Source: an uncultured Porphyromonadaceae bacterium
GTDB lineage: Bacteria > Bacteroidota > Bacteroidia > Bacteroidales > UBA12481
NCBI GenBank assembly: GCA_964457845.1
Contig: CAYWHP010000006.1
Span: forward strand, 9,266 to 73,265
Reading direction: 5' to 3'
DNA length: 64,000 nucleotides
Part shown: positions 55,515 through 63,521 of the stretch, in pieces
How the letters are laid out: every line of letters starts with the position of its first letter
Numbering within the stretch: the stretch's first letter is position 1
Notes under the pieces: generated by a model
What the model was told of the DNA's origin: nothing
Seen by the model: only the letters and a program-made list of their open reading frames with translations
Databases searched by the model: none
Program-made: the position numbers and the translations under genes

Positions 55515-56546
55515 TCAGACATCAACTACACCGAAGTCGATATTTCCGAGGCCCCGCTCAATCTGCTGCAGGCTAGGCAAAGTGTGTCGGTAATAATCAG
55601 GCAACTCATCACTGGTGCTGTAACTGGCAATCCCGATGGGCGTGGTTGATTTCTTTAATGAGTACTCCACCACCAGCCGGTTTTTGCTTTTACAGATGAT
55701 TATCCCGATCGCCTCTTTCTCATGCGGCTTGCGATAAAAATCATTCAACACATTCAGGTAGAACTCCATCTTCCCTTTGTACTCCGGCTTAAAAGGTCCT
55801 GTCTTAAGTTCAATGGCAATCAGGCACTGCAACTCCCGGTGAAAAAGCAGGAGGTCGATAAAGAAATCCTCACCGCCGAGGGAGATTTTGTATTGACTTC
55901 CAATGAAACTCAACTCACCACCCAGCTCAATCAAGAATCGTTCAATGTTTCGGATAAGGGAAATTTCAAGTTCCCTCTCGGTGTGCTGATCGGATAGTTT
56001 CAGGAAGTCGAAGGTGTAATGATCTTTGATGGCAAGAGCTCTCTGGTCCTTGAACCTTTCGGCAGGTTGTTGATCATAATTGGTTTGGCCGAGGAGATAC
56101 TTCTCGTAGGTCTTGTTGTCGATTTGGTGCTCCAAAACGCGTTTCGACCAACCGTACTTCAGTGTTGAAGTGATATAAAATATTCGTTCCCGGCTCGACT
56201 TGCAGCTTGATAAAATAATAACGTTATGCGCCCAACCTATTTGTGCAACCAGTGGTTGCACTTTTATATCATCTTTGTAATCAGTATATAAACGAATCAT
56301 TAACCATAAGTTCCTGGCAGAGAATCCAACTTTGCCTGGAAACTCAATCTGAAGGTCATTAGAGATATTCCTGACAACAGATTTTCCCCATCCAAGCTCT
56401 GTTTGCTTTTCGTGGATCATTCGGCCAATATCCCAATAGAGTCCGACAAGTTCACTATTAACAGCCTTTAATGCCTCATACTGTGCGGAACGGATCCGAT
56501 CCTTGATGGATACTATGAAATCGTGGTAGCCGGTTGGTGAATTCAT
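55515..56546 (-). CDS. DUF1016 / YhcG-like PD-(D/E)XK nuclease family protein
   Basis: The N terminus (IKDRIRSAQYEALKAVNSELVGLYWDIGRMI) is typical of YhcG-like proteins. The C-terminal nuclease core is FFIDLLLF...LIAIELKTG. Confidence 0.8.
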   Translation of the reverse strand: MNSPTGYHDFIVSIKDRIRSAQYEALKAVNSELVGLYWDIGRMIHEKQTELGWGKSVVRNISNDLQIEFPGKVGFSARNLWLMIRLYTDYKDDIKVQPLVAQIGWAHNVIILSSCKSSRERIFYITSTLKYGWSKRVLEHQIDNKTYEKYLLGQTNYDQQPAERFKDQRALAIKDHYTFDFLKLSDQHTERELEISLIRNIERFLIELGGELSFIGSQYKISLGGEDFFIDLLLFHRELQCLIAIELKTGPFKPEYKGKMEFYLNVLNDFYRKPHEKEAIGIIICKSKNRLVVEYSLKKSTTPIGIASYSTSDELPDYYRHTLPSLQQIERGLGNIDFGVVDV

Positions 56547-56679
56547 GATTAGAAAATGGTTTATCAGTATAGATGCAATTCAGATGGAGGAATGGAAATT
56601 TATAAGGTTCTATTTACCCAGGCCTCTGGAGGACAACCACCAATTCACAAATCCCCAAAATACCGAATCACGATTCCAT

Positions 56680-56707
56680 GTCACTCGTCACTCGTCACTC
56701 GTCACTT
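56680..56707. repeat. heptamer tandem repeat (GTCACTC x3 plus GTCACTT)
   Basis: Read directly from the sequence. It is flanked by the direct repeat TTCACAAATC(C/T)CCA at 56644 and 56722. Confidence 0.9.
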
Positions 56708-56801
56708 CCTTTCACCATACCTTCACAAATCTCCACAAAACTTTGACCACCGGGGAATTGAGCCTGCGTAGATTTATCCTGCAATTATTCCGCAAACAGA
56801 C

Positions 56802-57446
56802 ATGGGGGTATATTCGGATAAAATGATCGATTCCTGGCCGATGACCTCTTCGAGGTTCAACGCGCACCTGACATTCAACCTGTTGAATTCGGTTCAGGGG
56901 TTGCTGCTCGATCACCAGCCGGAACAGGCTTTCGACCTGATTAACCGGTATTCACGCATTTTAAGGGGGATGCTTGTGAACGGCACCATGGTCACCACCC
57001 TGGGCGAAGAGATGGCCATTATCACCGATTACCTGGAAATCGAAAAGGTGCGTTCGGATTGCAGTTTTCGGTATTCGATCCGGATTGATCCGTGTATGGA
57101 ACGGCTCAATGTTCCCAAGTCATTACTGATCAGCCTGGTGGAAAATGCGCTCAAGCACGGTATCCGTCGGATGGGCGGCATGGGAACCATAGCAATTACC
57201 GGCAGGCTCAGCGGTCCGACGGCAACGGGCAGCGGGCAACGGGCCTTTTTTTCCGTGGCAAATACAGCACCCGACGAAACATCCTCGCCGCGTCTCGGTT
57301 CAGAACGGGTTCACGGATTTGGCCTGCTGTCGGAGCTAACCGCATCGTTCCATGAAGTTACCGGAACCCCTGTAACATTCAGTCTTCATGAGTCGCCCGA
57401 CGGCGAGGGGACCATCAGGGTGGAAGCGCTTGTGACAGTCGGTTAA
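56802..57446 (+). CDS. LytS/YehU-type histidine kinase core (His_kinase + HATPase) lacking any sensor or TM region; possibly a gene remnant
   Basis: RFNAHLTFNLLNSV (H-box, compare NPHFLFN), LEIEKVR and LVENALKHGI. An in-frame stop lies at 56769-56771 upstream. No LytTR regulator gene is adjacent. Confidence 0.6.
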   Translation: MGVYSDKMIDSWPMTSSRFNAHLTFNLLNSVQGLLLDHQPEQAFDLINRYSRILRGMLVNGTMVTTLGEEMAIITDYLEIEKVRSDCSFRYSIRIDPCMERLNVPKSLLISLVENALKHGIRRMGGMGTIAITGRLSGPTATGSGQRAFFSVANTAPDETSSPRLGSERVHGFGLLSELTASFHEVTGTPVTFSLHESPDGEGTIRVEALVTVG

Positions 57447-57450
57447 CGAA

Positions 57451-57474
57451 AAAGCCCCCATTTCTGGGGGCTTT
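57451..57474. terminator. bidirectional hairpin terminator between the kinase core and tRNA-Asp
   Basis: AAAGCCCCCA-tttc-TGGGGGCTTT, with A/T runs on both sides. Confidence 0.8.
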
Positions 57475-57477
57475 TTG

Positions 57478-57551
57478 CGGTCGCGACGGGACTCGAACCC
57501 GCGACCTCCGGCGTGACAGGCCGGCATTCTAACCAACTGAACTACACGACC
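57478..57551 (-). tRNA. tRNA-Asp: tRNA-Asp (anticodon GTC)
   Basis: Hand-folded cloverleaf: acceptor GGTCGTG/CGCGACC, anticodon arm CCGGC-CTGTCAC-GCCGG, T arm GCGGG-TTCGAGT-CCCGT and discriminator G. CCA is not encoded. Confidence 0.9.
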
Positions 57552-57566
57552 TCGTAGTTTGAGGTG

Positions 57567-57574
57567 CAAATGTA
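57567..57574 (-). promoter_or_regulatory. candidate -7 box TACATTTG for tRNA-Asp
   Basis: The minus strand matches TAnnTTTG, 16 nt upstream of the mature 5' end of the tRNA. Confidence 0.5.
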
Positions 57575-57661
57575 GACGTTTTTTTTATTTCTCCAAGGCC
57601 GGCATTGAAAAAAATTGCGAATGTTTGTACCTTCACAAGTAGGTTCCAGAACCCCTTCGCA

Positions 57662-59776
57662 ATGCCCCTTCGTCAAGCCATATTGAAAATCCTGTTTATC
57701 TGCCTCTTTGCATTGACCTGTGCAGTTGCCGAAGCCCAGTGGACCCCGCTTAACCCTCCGGCAGCTGAAGCAAATGTTCTGGCTTATATCGAGTATGGCT
57801 CAAAAAAGTACATCTCCACCGCCAACGGTTTCTATGAATCCGACTCAGCTGCGGGAAGATGGACCCTGCTTGGGCCCTGGTCATTCAGGCAGTGGGCAAT
57901 GAAGGGGGACAGCCTGCTTTTTCAGGACTCGCAGTCGAGGATCGGCGTTATCCGGCTTGCCGGGCAGGCGCGGCTGATCGCACCGGCGATGAACGGGGGA
58001 TTCGATTTCAACTCGTTGATGGCTTACGGGGGCAAAATCTTCATGGCACATTACCGCGGCGGTTTCTATGCGGTAAATGAAACATCGAAGGATTTTTTTC
58101 TGATGAATACCGGACTTCCGGCCGATACGATAATTTTCTGCCACGATTGCGGTAAGACGGTGATACATCCCGTTTTGCGCGCTGTCAGATGCGGGAGCTG
58201 GTTCATCGCACAGACCAATCACGGATTGTACAAGGCAAGCGTTTCTTCGGTTATATGGCGTCCGGTCGGAGGTCAGGGGACGACATTCCAGTCGGCCTAC
58301 CTTTATGCGTCGGGTAACGACCTTTATGCCGTCAAGGATAACCTCGTCTGGCTCAGCTCCGATCTGGGGGTCACCTGGACCAGCCTGTCAGCACCCGGCG
58401 GGCAAACCATCCTTAATCTTTACCGTATCGATGATACGCTTTATGCAGGTACGCTCAACAACGGGGTTTTCGCAAAAACCACCGGACAGCCAAACTGGAT
58501 TTCCTTCAGCGGCGGCCTTTCCTGTCAGCAGGTAAACTTTGTCAGCCGCACGTTCGGGGGACCGGTATGCGGCACCACCACAGGCGGATTCCACTACTGG
58601 GCCAACGGCCACTGGCAGCAGAACAATGCCGGCCAGTTCACATCTACGGATTTCACCGGAATGGCCATCCACAACAACAGGATCTTTACCTGGAACAGCA
58701 GCAAACTTTACGTAACGGCCGACCAGGGCGGAAACTGGACCCAGACGGGAACCGCTTTCAGCAGCTTTGGCATATTGACAACGGCATCCGTTGGCCAGGC
58801 TTTTTTCGTCCTGTGCAACGCCGGCCTCAGATTGTTCCGGACAACCGACGGTGGTGCCACCTGGACCGACCTTTCCTCCAAAATCCCGGTTCATCCCATG
58901 TGGGCCGATGAGCTGCGCCTGACCACAGCGGGTAACCGGCTCTTCATTACGTACGGCTTCGGAAGGCAGATGTATTATTCCACAGATCTGGGTTCTACAT
59001 GGATCAGCGTGGGCCTGACCGAGCCATTGAGCAATAATCTTAGCGACATGGTTGTTTACCATTCAGCCGTATATGCCGTTTTCTTTGGCGACGGGCAGGT
59101 TGCCAAACTGGTCGATGACCAATGGGTACTGACCGGAAACGGTCTGCCGGCCGACAGGGAACCTTCATACCTGTATACGTGCAACGACCGGCTCTATTGT
59201 GAAACCGACTATTATGGCTGGTATATATACGACGAAGCCAACTCCAGCTGGAGTCACATCCAGACGGCGCTCAACCGGGAATTCCCGGATTACACCTACC
59301 CCTGGAGCCCATACCGCTTCGGATCGCATGACTTCTATTATGCTTATCACAAAGGATGGGTTTATTCAGACGATTGCCTGGGCACACTCAAAATGGTTGG
59401 GACCGAAGGGTTGCTGGCCACACAGCCATTCTGGCCCATGGCATTCATCAACGATACCCTTTTTGTGGTTCAGGGCACCAACGGGATCTGGAAAAGGCCA
59501 TTGTCGCAGATTACCTCTGTTCCGGATGTTGCCATCGAAAGCGGTGACTTCAGAATATATCCGAATCCGGCAAGTAACATGCTTATGGTTAATGGATTTC
59601 CCGAAAACCAGGAGGCTGTTGTCTCGGTTTATGATCTGACCGGTAGGCGGCTTATCCTGAAAGCCTGTTATCCTGACGAACAGGTCGATATTTCATTCCT
59701 TGATCCGGGCATCTACCTGATCGCGCTCAGATCCGGAGGCCGATCAGCAGTTAAAAAACTCATTATTAGCCGCTAA
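57662..59776 (+). CDS. secreted BNR/Asp-box repeat protein with a T9SS C-terminal sorting domain
   Basis: Signal peptide (ILFICLFALTCAVAEAQ). Four Asp-boxes (SSDLGVTWTS, TADQGGNWTQ, TTDGGATWTD, STDLGSTWIS). The C terminus (FRIYPNPASNML...VYDLTGRRL...GIYLIAL) is typical of type A T9SS tails. I preferred the ATG at 57662 to the track's TTG. Confidence 0.85.
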   Translation: MPLRQAILKILFICLFALTCAVAEAQWTPLNPPAAEANVLAYIEYGSKKYISTANGFYESDSAAGRWTLLGPWSFRQWAMKGDSLLFQDSQSRIGVIRLAGQARLIAPAMNGGFDFNSLMAYGGKIFMAHYRGGFYAVNETSKDFFLMNTGLPADTIIFCHDCGKTVIHPVLRAVRCGSWFIAQTNHGLYKASVSSVIWRPVGGQGTTFQSAYLYASGNDLYAVKDNLVWLSSDLGVTWTSLSAPGGQTILNLYRIDDTLYAGTLNNGVFAKTTGQPNWISFSGGLSCQQVNFVSRTFGGPVCGTTTGGFHYWANGHWQQNNAGQFTSTDFTGMAIHNNRIFTWNSSKLYVTADQGGNWTQTGTAFSSFGILTTASVGQAFFVLCNAGLRLFRTTDGGATWTDLSSKIPVHPMWADELRLTTAGNRLFITYGFGRQMYYSTDLGSTWISVGLTEPLSNNLSDMVVYHSAVYAVFFGDGQVAKLVDDQWVLTGNGLPADREPSYLYTCNDRLYCETDYYGWYIYDEANSSWSHIQTALNREFPDYTYPWSPYRFGSHDFYYAYHKGWVYSDDCLGTLKMVGTEGLLATQPFWPMAFINDTLFVVQGTNGIWKRPLSQITSVPDVAIESGDFRIYPNPASNMLMVNGFPENQEAVVSVYDLTGRRLILKACYPDEQVDISFLDPGIYLIALRSGGRSAVKKLIISR

Positions 59777-59818
59777 TTCCCCCGGAGTTCCTGATTATTT
59801 TCTCCTGAACCTGATTTG

Positions 59819-59845
59819 TGCCTTCTGCCCTTTGCCCTCTGCCTT
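59819..59845 (-). repeat. purine-rich word repeat (minus-strand sense) immediately after a stop codon
   Basis: The minus strand reads GAAGGCAGAGGGCAAAGGGCAGAAGGCA. It belongs to the same word family as 40414-40448 and 40544-40572. Confidence 0.85.
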
Positions 59846-62662
59846 CTATTTCCTCCACTCCTCCGCCTCTTTGCTGTCCCTCAGCATATCCCTGATGTTA
59901 TCGATCTCAGGCGATTCCTCAACCGCTTTCCAGTTGAACTTCTCGTCGTACGGATCGAGTGCTTTGGCCGGATCGAAAATGCGGATATCCACTGGGATAG
60001 CCTGATACGGTGTAAAATCGGGCTGATCGGTAAAGAGGTCTGACAGGTCGGTAGCCCCGGCATCATATTGATTGAGATATGGAATACCGAGGATGTTCCA
60101 GAAGGTTTTGAATATGCTGCCGAAACTGGCATGGGTATGTGAAACGTGGTTTTTTCTGGCGAAGGGCGAAATCACCATCAAAATGCTCCTGTGCGCATCC
60201 ACATGGTCGGCGCCACCCTGGGCATCATCCTCGGTGATCACTATGGCCATATTTTTCCAGTACGGCGTATGGCTGAGAAATTCGACGAGGCGGCCGATGG
60301 CCAGGTCATTATCGCACATATAACTCTCGCGGAAGGGGAAGCCTGCTTCGGGCCGGTCGCCGGCACCGTGGTCGTTGGGGACAATGATGGTGATGAAGGA
60401 GGGGAAATCAGATTTCGTGGTAAGGGAAGGGGTCCCCGCCTTCGCGGGGATGACAGAAGAGGCTTCTGCCCAGTTTTCGTTATAGTGCTTAATGAACTGA
60501 TCGATGCGGAATTGATCGGGAATGGCCATGTTATAGGTTGGATAATCCCTGGCCGTATTTTCGAAGAGTGGCGCCGGCAGCGGAAAATTGGCCAGATGGC
60601 GTATCCCGGTATACTTGTATTCGGGCTGATAGGCGCCCGGTTCAAACATGATGGAGAAGCCGAAATTGAAGAAAGGTATCCGGTTCCTGTCGAGGTGTTC
60701 CCACATCGAGCCGGCCTCGTTATAATCCTCGGGATAGATTGCCCCAGCGGCTCCGGTAAAAGCGAGGTTTCCAGGCGCTTTCGACTCAGCCACATACTCG
60801 CGGTTTCCGCCATAGCTGGCCGGAACTGTCGATTCCACCCACTCGTTGGGATAAGTATTAACCAGCCAGCGGTGCCCGTCGGCCGATACATCGGAATCGA
60901 CATAGAAGTTGTCGGATATGGCAAACCGGTTTGCCAGTGCCAGGTGGTTGATCATCACATCTGCCTTTTCGATTATGTTATCCCCCTTCTTGTTCGAAAA
61001 GGTGGCCCCCATGCCGAACCGGGCCATAGAGGGTTCTCCCTTCCCAGCTTTGATCTGGCCGAAAACCTCATCATACGTGCGGTTCTCCTTGGAAACAAAA
61101 ACCAAATACTTTATGGGCGATTCCGATGCACCGGGATAAAGTGGCACAGGGTTCGTCTTTCTTGCTACCAGTGATTTATCGGTGGATTTCTTCATCAGGA
61201 AATTATTCATAAGCACCGCATTGGTCAGCGATTTCAATTCGCTGTCCTTCGGAATATCCAGCACAGTGACCGATCCCTTCATCAGGGCTCCGATGTAGGA
61301 ACCTTCCGGTCCGCGCCGGAAATCCGGACCGCCGTTCGGACCGCTTCCATAACCTTTGGCGTTTGAAACGACGAGTTTCTTCCCGTCGGGAGTTACTTCC
61401 ACTTTTGCCGGGAACCAGCCAACAGGAATATGGCCGACCACACTTTTTGAAGCGATATCTATGACGGCAACGGCATTAATGCCGGACTCCGCCACAAACA
61501 GCCGTTTTTGATCAGGCGACAGGGCCAGTCCGAACGGGATGATCCCCCGGAAACTACGAAGTCGTCTGTCGAGGACCAGCGGTATCGTATGACACACCGT
61601 GTCGGTGCGGGTATCGATAACAGAGATATTGTCGTTATTCCCGTTGCTGACAAAGACAAAATCTTTTGTAGCCACCAGGGAATTGGGACTGGAGCCGCCT
61701 ACTGCCGGAAAATCCTCCACCATTTCACCCACAAGGTTGCCGGTTTTTACGCGGGCCACCACCTTCGGGTTTGATTCATCAGCCACGTCGATGGTCCATA
61801 CGGAAAACGATTCGGTGGTGTTCGGCTTCCCAAGGCCCGGTATGTTTACCGAATCGTTGTGAATCCCTTCCTCTGCTTCTTTCGACATATAAGCAAATGC
61901 AGGGAAGTCAAGTGAAGTCTGATCGAGGCTGTCCGCATTCAGGCTGGCGACGCGGGTATATACATACATACCGACATTGGCCACATACACCCGTTTCTCA
62001 TCCGGTGAAAGGCATATCCCGAAAGGATAACGTCCTGTGCTGACACGCTGCAGCACCTCCCTTTTCACCGGGTCGATGATAAGTACAACGAAATTGATCT
62101 GGTCCAAAGCATACAGACGCGTTCCCGCCTTGTTCAAAGTCATGTCGCCAATGTAGCCATGTGTATAATCCCTGTCGCCAACAACGGCACTGCAATTGAT
62201 GACGCCACGATCACTGCCGGTTTTCAGATCGAACAGATGAATCGTGTTCTCCTGTCCGCCCGATACGTAAACGGTGCTATTATCCGGAGAAATGGCCAGC
62301 CCCATGAAAACGCTTGCCAGCACTCCCTTGTCTGTTGCAGCCCCCGGCGGCACCTGCTGAATTTCAGGATAATCCGACTGCACATTACGGAGGATGGTTA
62401 TCGAAAGCGGGCTGGTTCCGGAATTGGCCGTCACGGCGATCTGTCCGTCGGGGCTGAGGCAAAGGCCGTATGGGTGCGGGGCGGTCCGGAAAGTGTTCCC
62501 CGCCGGTTTGATCAGCCGTCCGTTCGGTATCACCGTAACTCCCGACGTATCGAGCGCGGTATAACGTTCTCCTGCTGGCGATTGCACGATCCAGAGGGAA
62601 TCGGGGTTATTGCACGACCATGCACAAACAAGAAGGAGTAAGAAGAATATTGATTTTCTCAT
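59846..62662 (-). CDS. lipoprotein fusion of a YncE/YVTN-type beta-propeller and a phosphoesterase (AcpA/phospholipase C family) domain
   Basis: 938 aa with lipobox VCAWSC. The N-terminal ~480 aa has repeated propeller blades (LSPDG..., VSGGQENTIHLFD, YVANVG, VSNGNNDNISVID, VAESGINAVAVID). The C-terminal half has VFVSKENRTYDEVFG and IIVPNDHGAG...TEDDAQGGADHVDAHRS. Confidence 0.8.
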   Translation of the reverse strand: MRKSIFFLLLLVCAWSCNNPDSLWIVQSPAGERYTALDTSGVTVIPNGRLIKPAGNTFRTAPHPYGLCLSPDGQIAVTANSGTSPLSITILRNVQSDYPEIQQVPPGAATDKGVLASVFMGLAISPDNSTVYVSGGQENTIHLFDLKTGSDRGVINCSAVVGDRDYTHGYIGDMTLNKAGTRLYALDQINFVVLIIDPVKREVLQRVSTGRYPFGICLSPDEKRVYVANVGMYVYTRVASLNADSLDQTSLDFPAFAYMSKEAEEGIHNDSVNIPGLGKPNTTESFSVWTIDVADESNPKVVARVKTGNLVGEMVEDFPAVGGSSPNSLVATKDFVFVSNGNNDNISVIDTRTDTVCHTIPLVLDRRLRSFRGIIPFGLALSPDQKRLFVAESGINAVAVIDIASKSVVGHIPVGWFPAKVEVTPDGKKLVVSNAKGYGSGPNGGPDFRRGPEGSYIGALMKGSVTVLDIPKDSELKSLTNAVLMNNFLMKKSTDKSLVARKTNPVPLYPGASESPIKYLVFVSKENRTYDEVFGQIKAGKGEPSMARFGMGATFSNKKGDNIIEKADVMINHLALANRFAISDNFYVDSDVSADGHRWLVNTYPNEWVESTVPASYGGNREYVAESKAPGNLAFTGAAGAIYPEDYNEAGSMWEHLDRNRIPFFNFGFSIMFEPGAYQPEYKYTGIRHLANFPLPAPLFENTARDYPTYNMAIPDQFRIDQFIKHYNENWAEASSVIPAKAGTPSLTTKSDFPSFITIIVPNDHGAGDRPEAGFPFRESYMCDNDLAIGRLVEFLSHTPYWKNMAIVITEDDAQGGADHVDAHRSILMVISPFARKNHVSHTHASFGSIFKTFWNILGIPYLNQYDAGATDLSDLFTDQPDFTPYQAIPVDIRIFDPAKALDPYDEKFNWKAVEESPEIDNIRDMLRDSKEAEEWRK
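60433..60450. repeat. GC-rich hairpin inside the coding sequence (TCCCCGC-cttc-GCGGGGA)
   Basis: Read directly from the sequence. On the coding (minus) strand it encodes ..VIPAKAGTP.. Confidence 0.8.
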
Positions 62663-62722
62663 TTCAAGGGTGGATTGGGGTATCGGGCTTCCGTATTGAA
62701 TAATTCAACGAAATTAATAATC

Positions 62723-62730
62723 TATCTTTG
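62723..62730 (+). promoter_or_regulatory. candidate -7 box TATCTTTG
   Basis: Matches TAnnTTTG, 21 nt upstream of the ATG at 62751. Confidence 0.45.
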
Positions 62731-62750
62731 TCTTGCTAAAAAACAATACC

Positions 62751-63266
62751 ATGTCATCCATGAATTATACCGAGCAGCAGTCAATACCGCCCATGTGGCG
62801 CATGCTGATTTTCGGCGGAATCACCCTGTTTATGGGTTTTGTATTCCTGATGATCTACCTGACCGAGTGGGACACCATGCCGCCGGACGAGAAGTTGTCC
62901 ATGCTGACGCTGCTGATCGGGCCCGTTTCGGTTCTCATTATCTTCTTTATCCGCCTGGAGGTGCGCATAACGTCGACCACCTTCGAGTACATGGTGCATC
63001 CGTTCCGAAAAAAATACAAAGTGATCCCCTTTTCCAAAATCGCTGGATTCGAGCTAAGCAAGCCTAAAGTATTTAAGTCGTTCAAAGGGATCGGAACGCA
63101 CCGCAACCTCAATCAGACCGAGTTGAATTTCGGGGGCAAATACCTGCTGGCCATCCGGTTTACCAGCGGCAAGATCTTGTCGGTTTCGTCGGACAAGCCT
63201 CAGGAGCTCAAAAGTTTTCTGATGAACCTGCCCGCCGGGGGGCCTAACGTGAAGGTTGAAGTGTAG
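62751..63266 (+). CDS. hypothetical membrane protein (two TM helices plus a small soluble domain)
   Basis: TM helices MLIFGGITLFMGFVFLMIYL and LLIGPVSVLIIFFI. I preferred the ATG at 62751 because the track's TTG lies next to the promoter box. Confidence 0.65.
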   Translation: MSSMNYTEQQSIPPMWRMLIFGGITLFMGFVFLMIYLTEWDTMPPDEKLSMLTLLIGPVSVLIIFFIRLEVRITSTTFEYMVHPFRKKYKVIPFSKIAGFELSKPKVFKSFKGIGTHRNLNQTELNFGGKYLLAIRFTSGKILSVSSDKPQELKSFLMNLPAGGPNVKVEV

Positions 63267-63276
63267 AATATTCAAT

Positions 63277-63388
63277 GTTGAAGTCTGAGGACCAAATCCA
63301 GTTTTGAATTCTGAATCAAAATTTTCAAGGAGCGCTCCTTGGTCCTGATCTTCAAAATTCAAAATTGGTCCTGGCCCTCAGACTTCAA
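63277..63388. repeat. ~110 bp imperfect palindrome between convergent genes
   Basis: Outer arms are GTTGAAGTCTGAGGACCAA and TTGGTCCTGGCCCTCAGACTTCAA. The centre holds the perfect 16-bp palindrome CAAGGAGCGCTCCTTG (63326-63341). Confidence 0.85.
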
Positions 63389-63521
63389 AACTACGTCCTG
63401 AACACTTCGATCAGCGAATCCAGCCGCTGCCGGTGCGCAGCGTGGATGATAAGCGGCCGTTGCCGGAGTTGAGGGTGCACCAGCCGGAGGATGGGTATTT
63501 TAACCTGCCATCATGCCCTGT

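Noticed and set aside
53880-56800. Calling the low-GC islet a mobile element or prophage remnant
   Set aside because: I found no integrase, transposase, terminal inverted repeats or duplicated tRNA segment. I report it only as a compositional anomaly.
56545-56826. 93-aa and 71-aa ORFs in the spacer upstream of the kinase core
   Set aside because: They run through the heptamer repeats. They have no ribosome-binding context, promoter context or motifs that I can recognise. I treated the region as non-coding.
60146-61174. 342-aa plus-strand ORF
   Set aside because: It lies entirely antisense to the well-supported 938-aa propeller-phosphoesterase gene. The sequence is low-complexity and Gly/Arg-rich with no recognisable motifs, as expected for a shadow ORF.
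63349-63519. GC-rich open frame without a start codon (…EHFDQRIQPLPVRSVDDKRPLPELRVHQPEDGYFNLPS*)
   Set aside because: It could be the 3' remnant of a decayed gene. There is no start codon and no recognisable motif, and the fragment is too short to support a pseudogene call.
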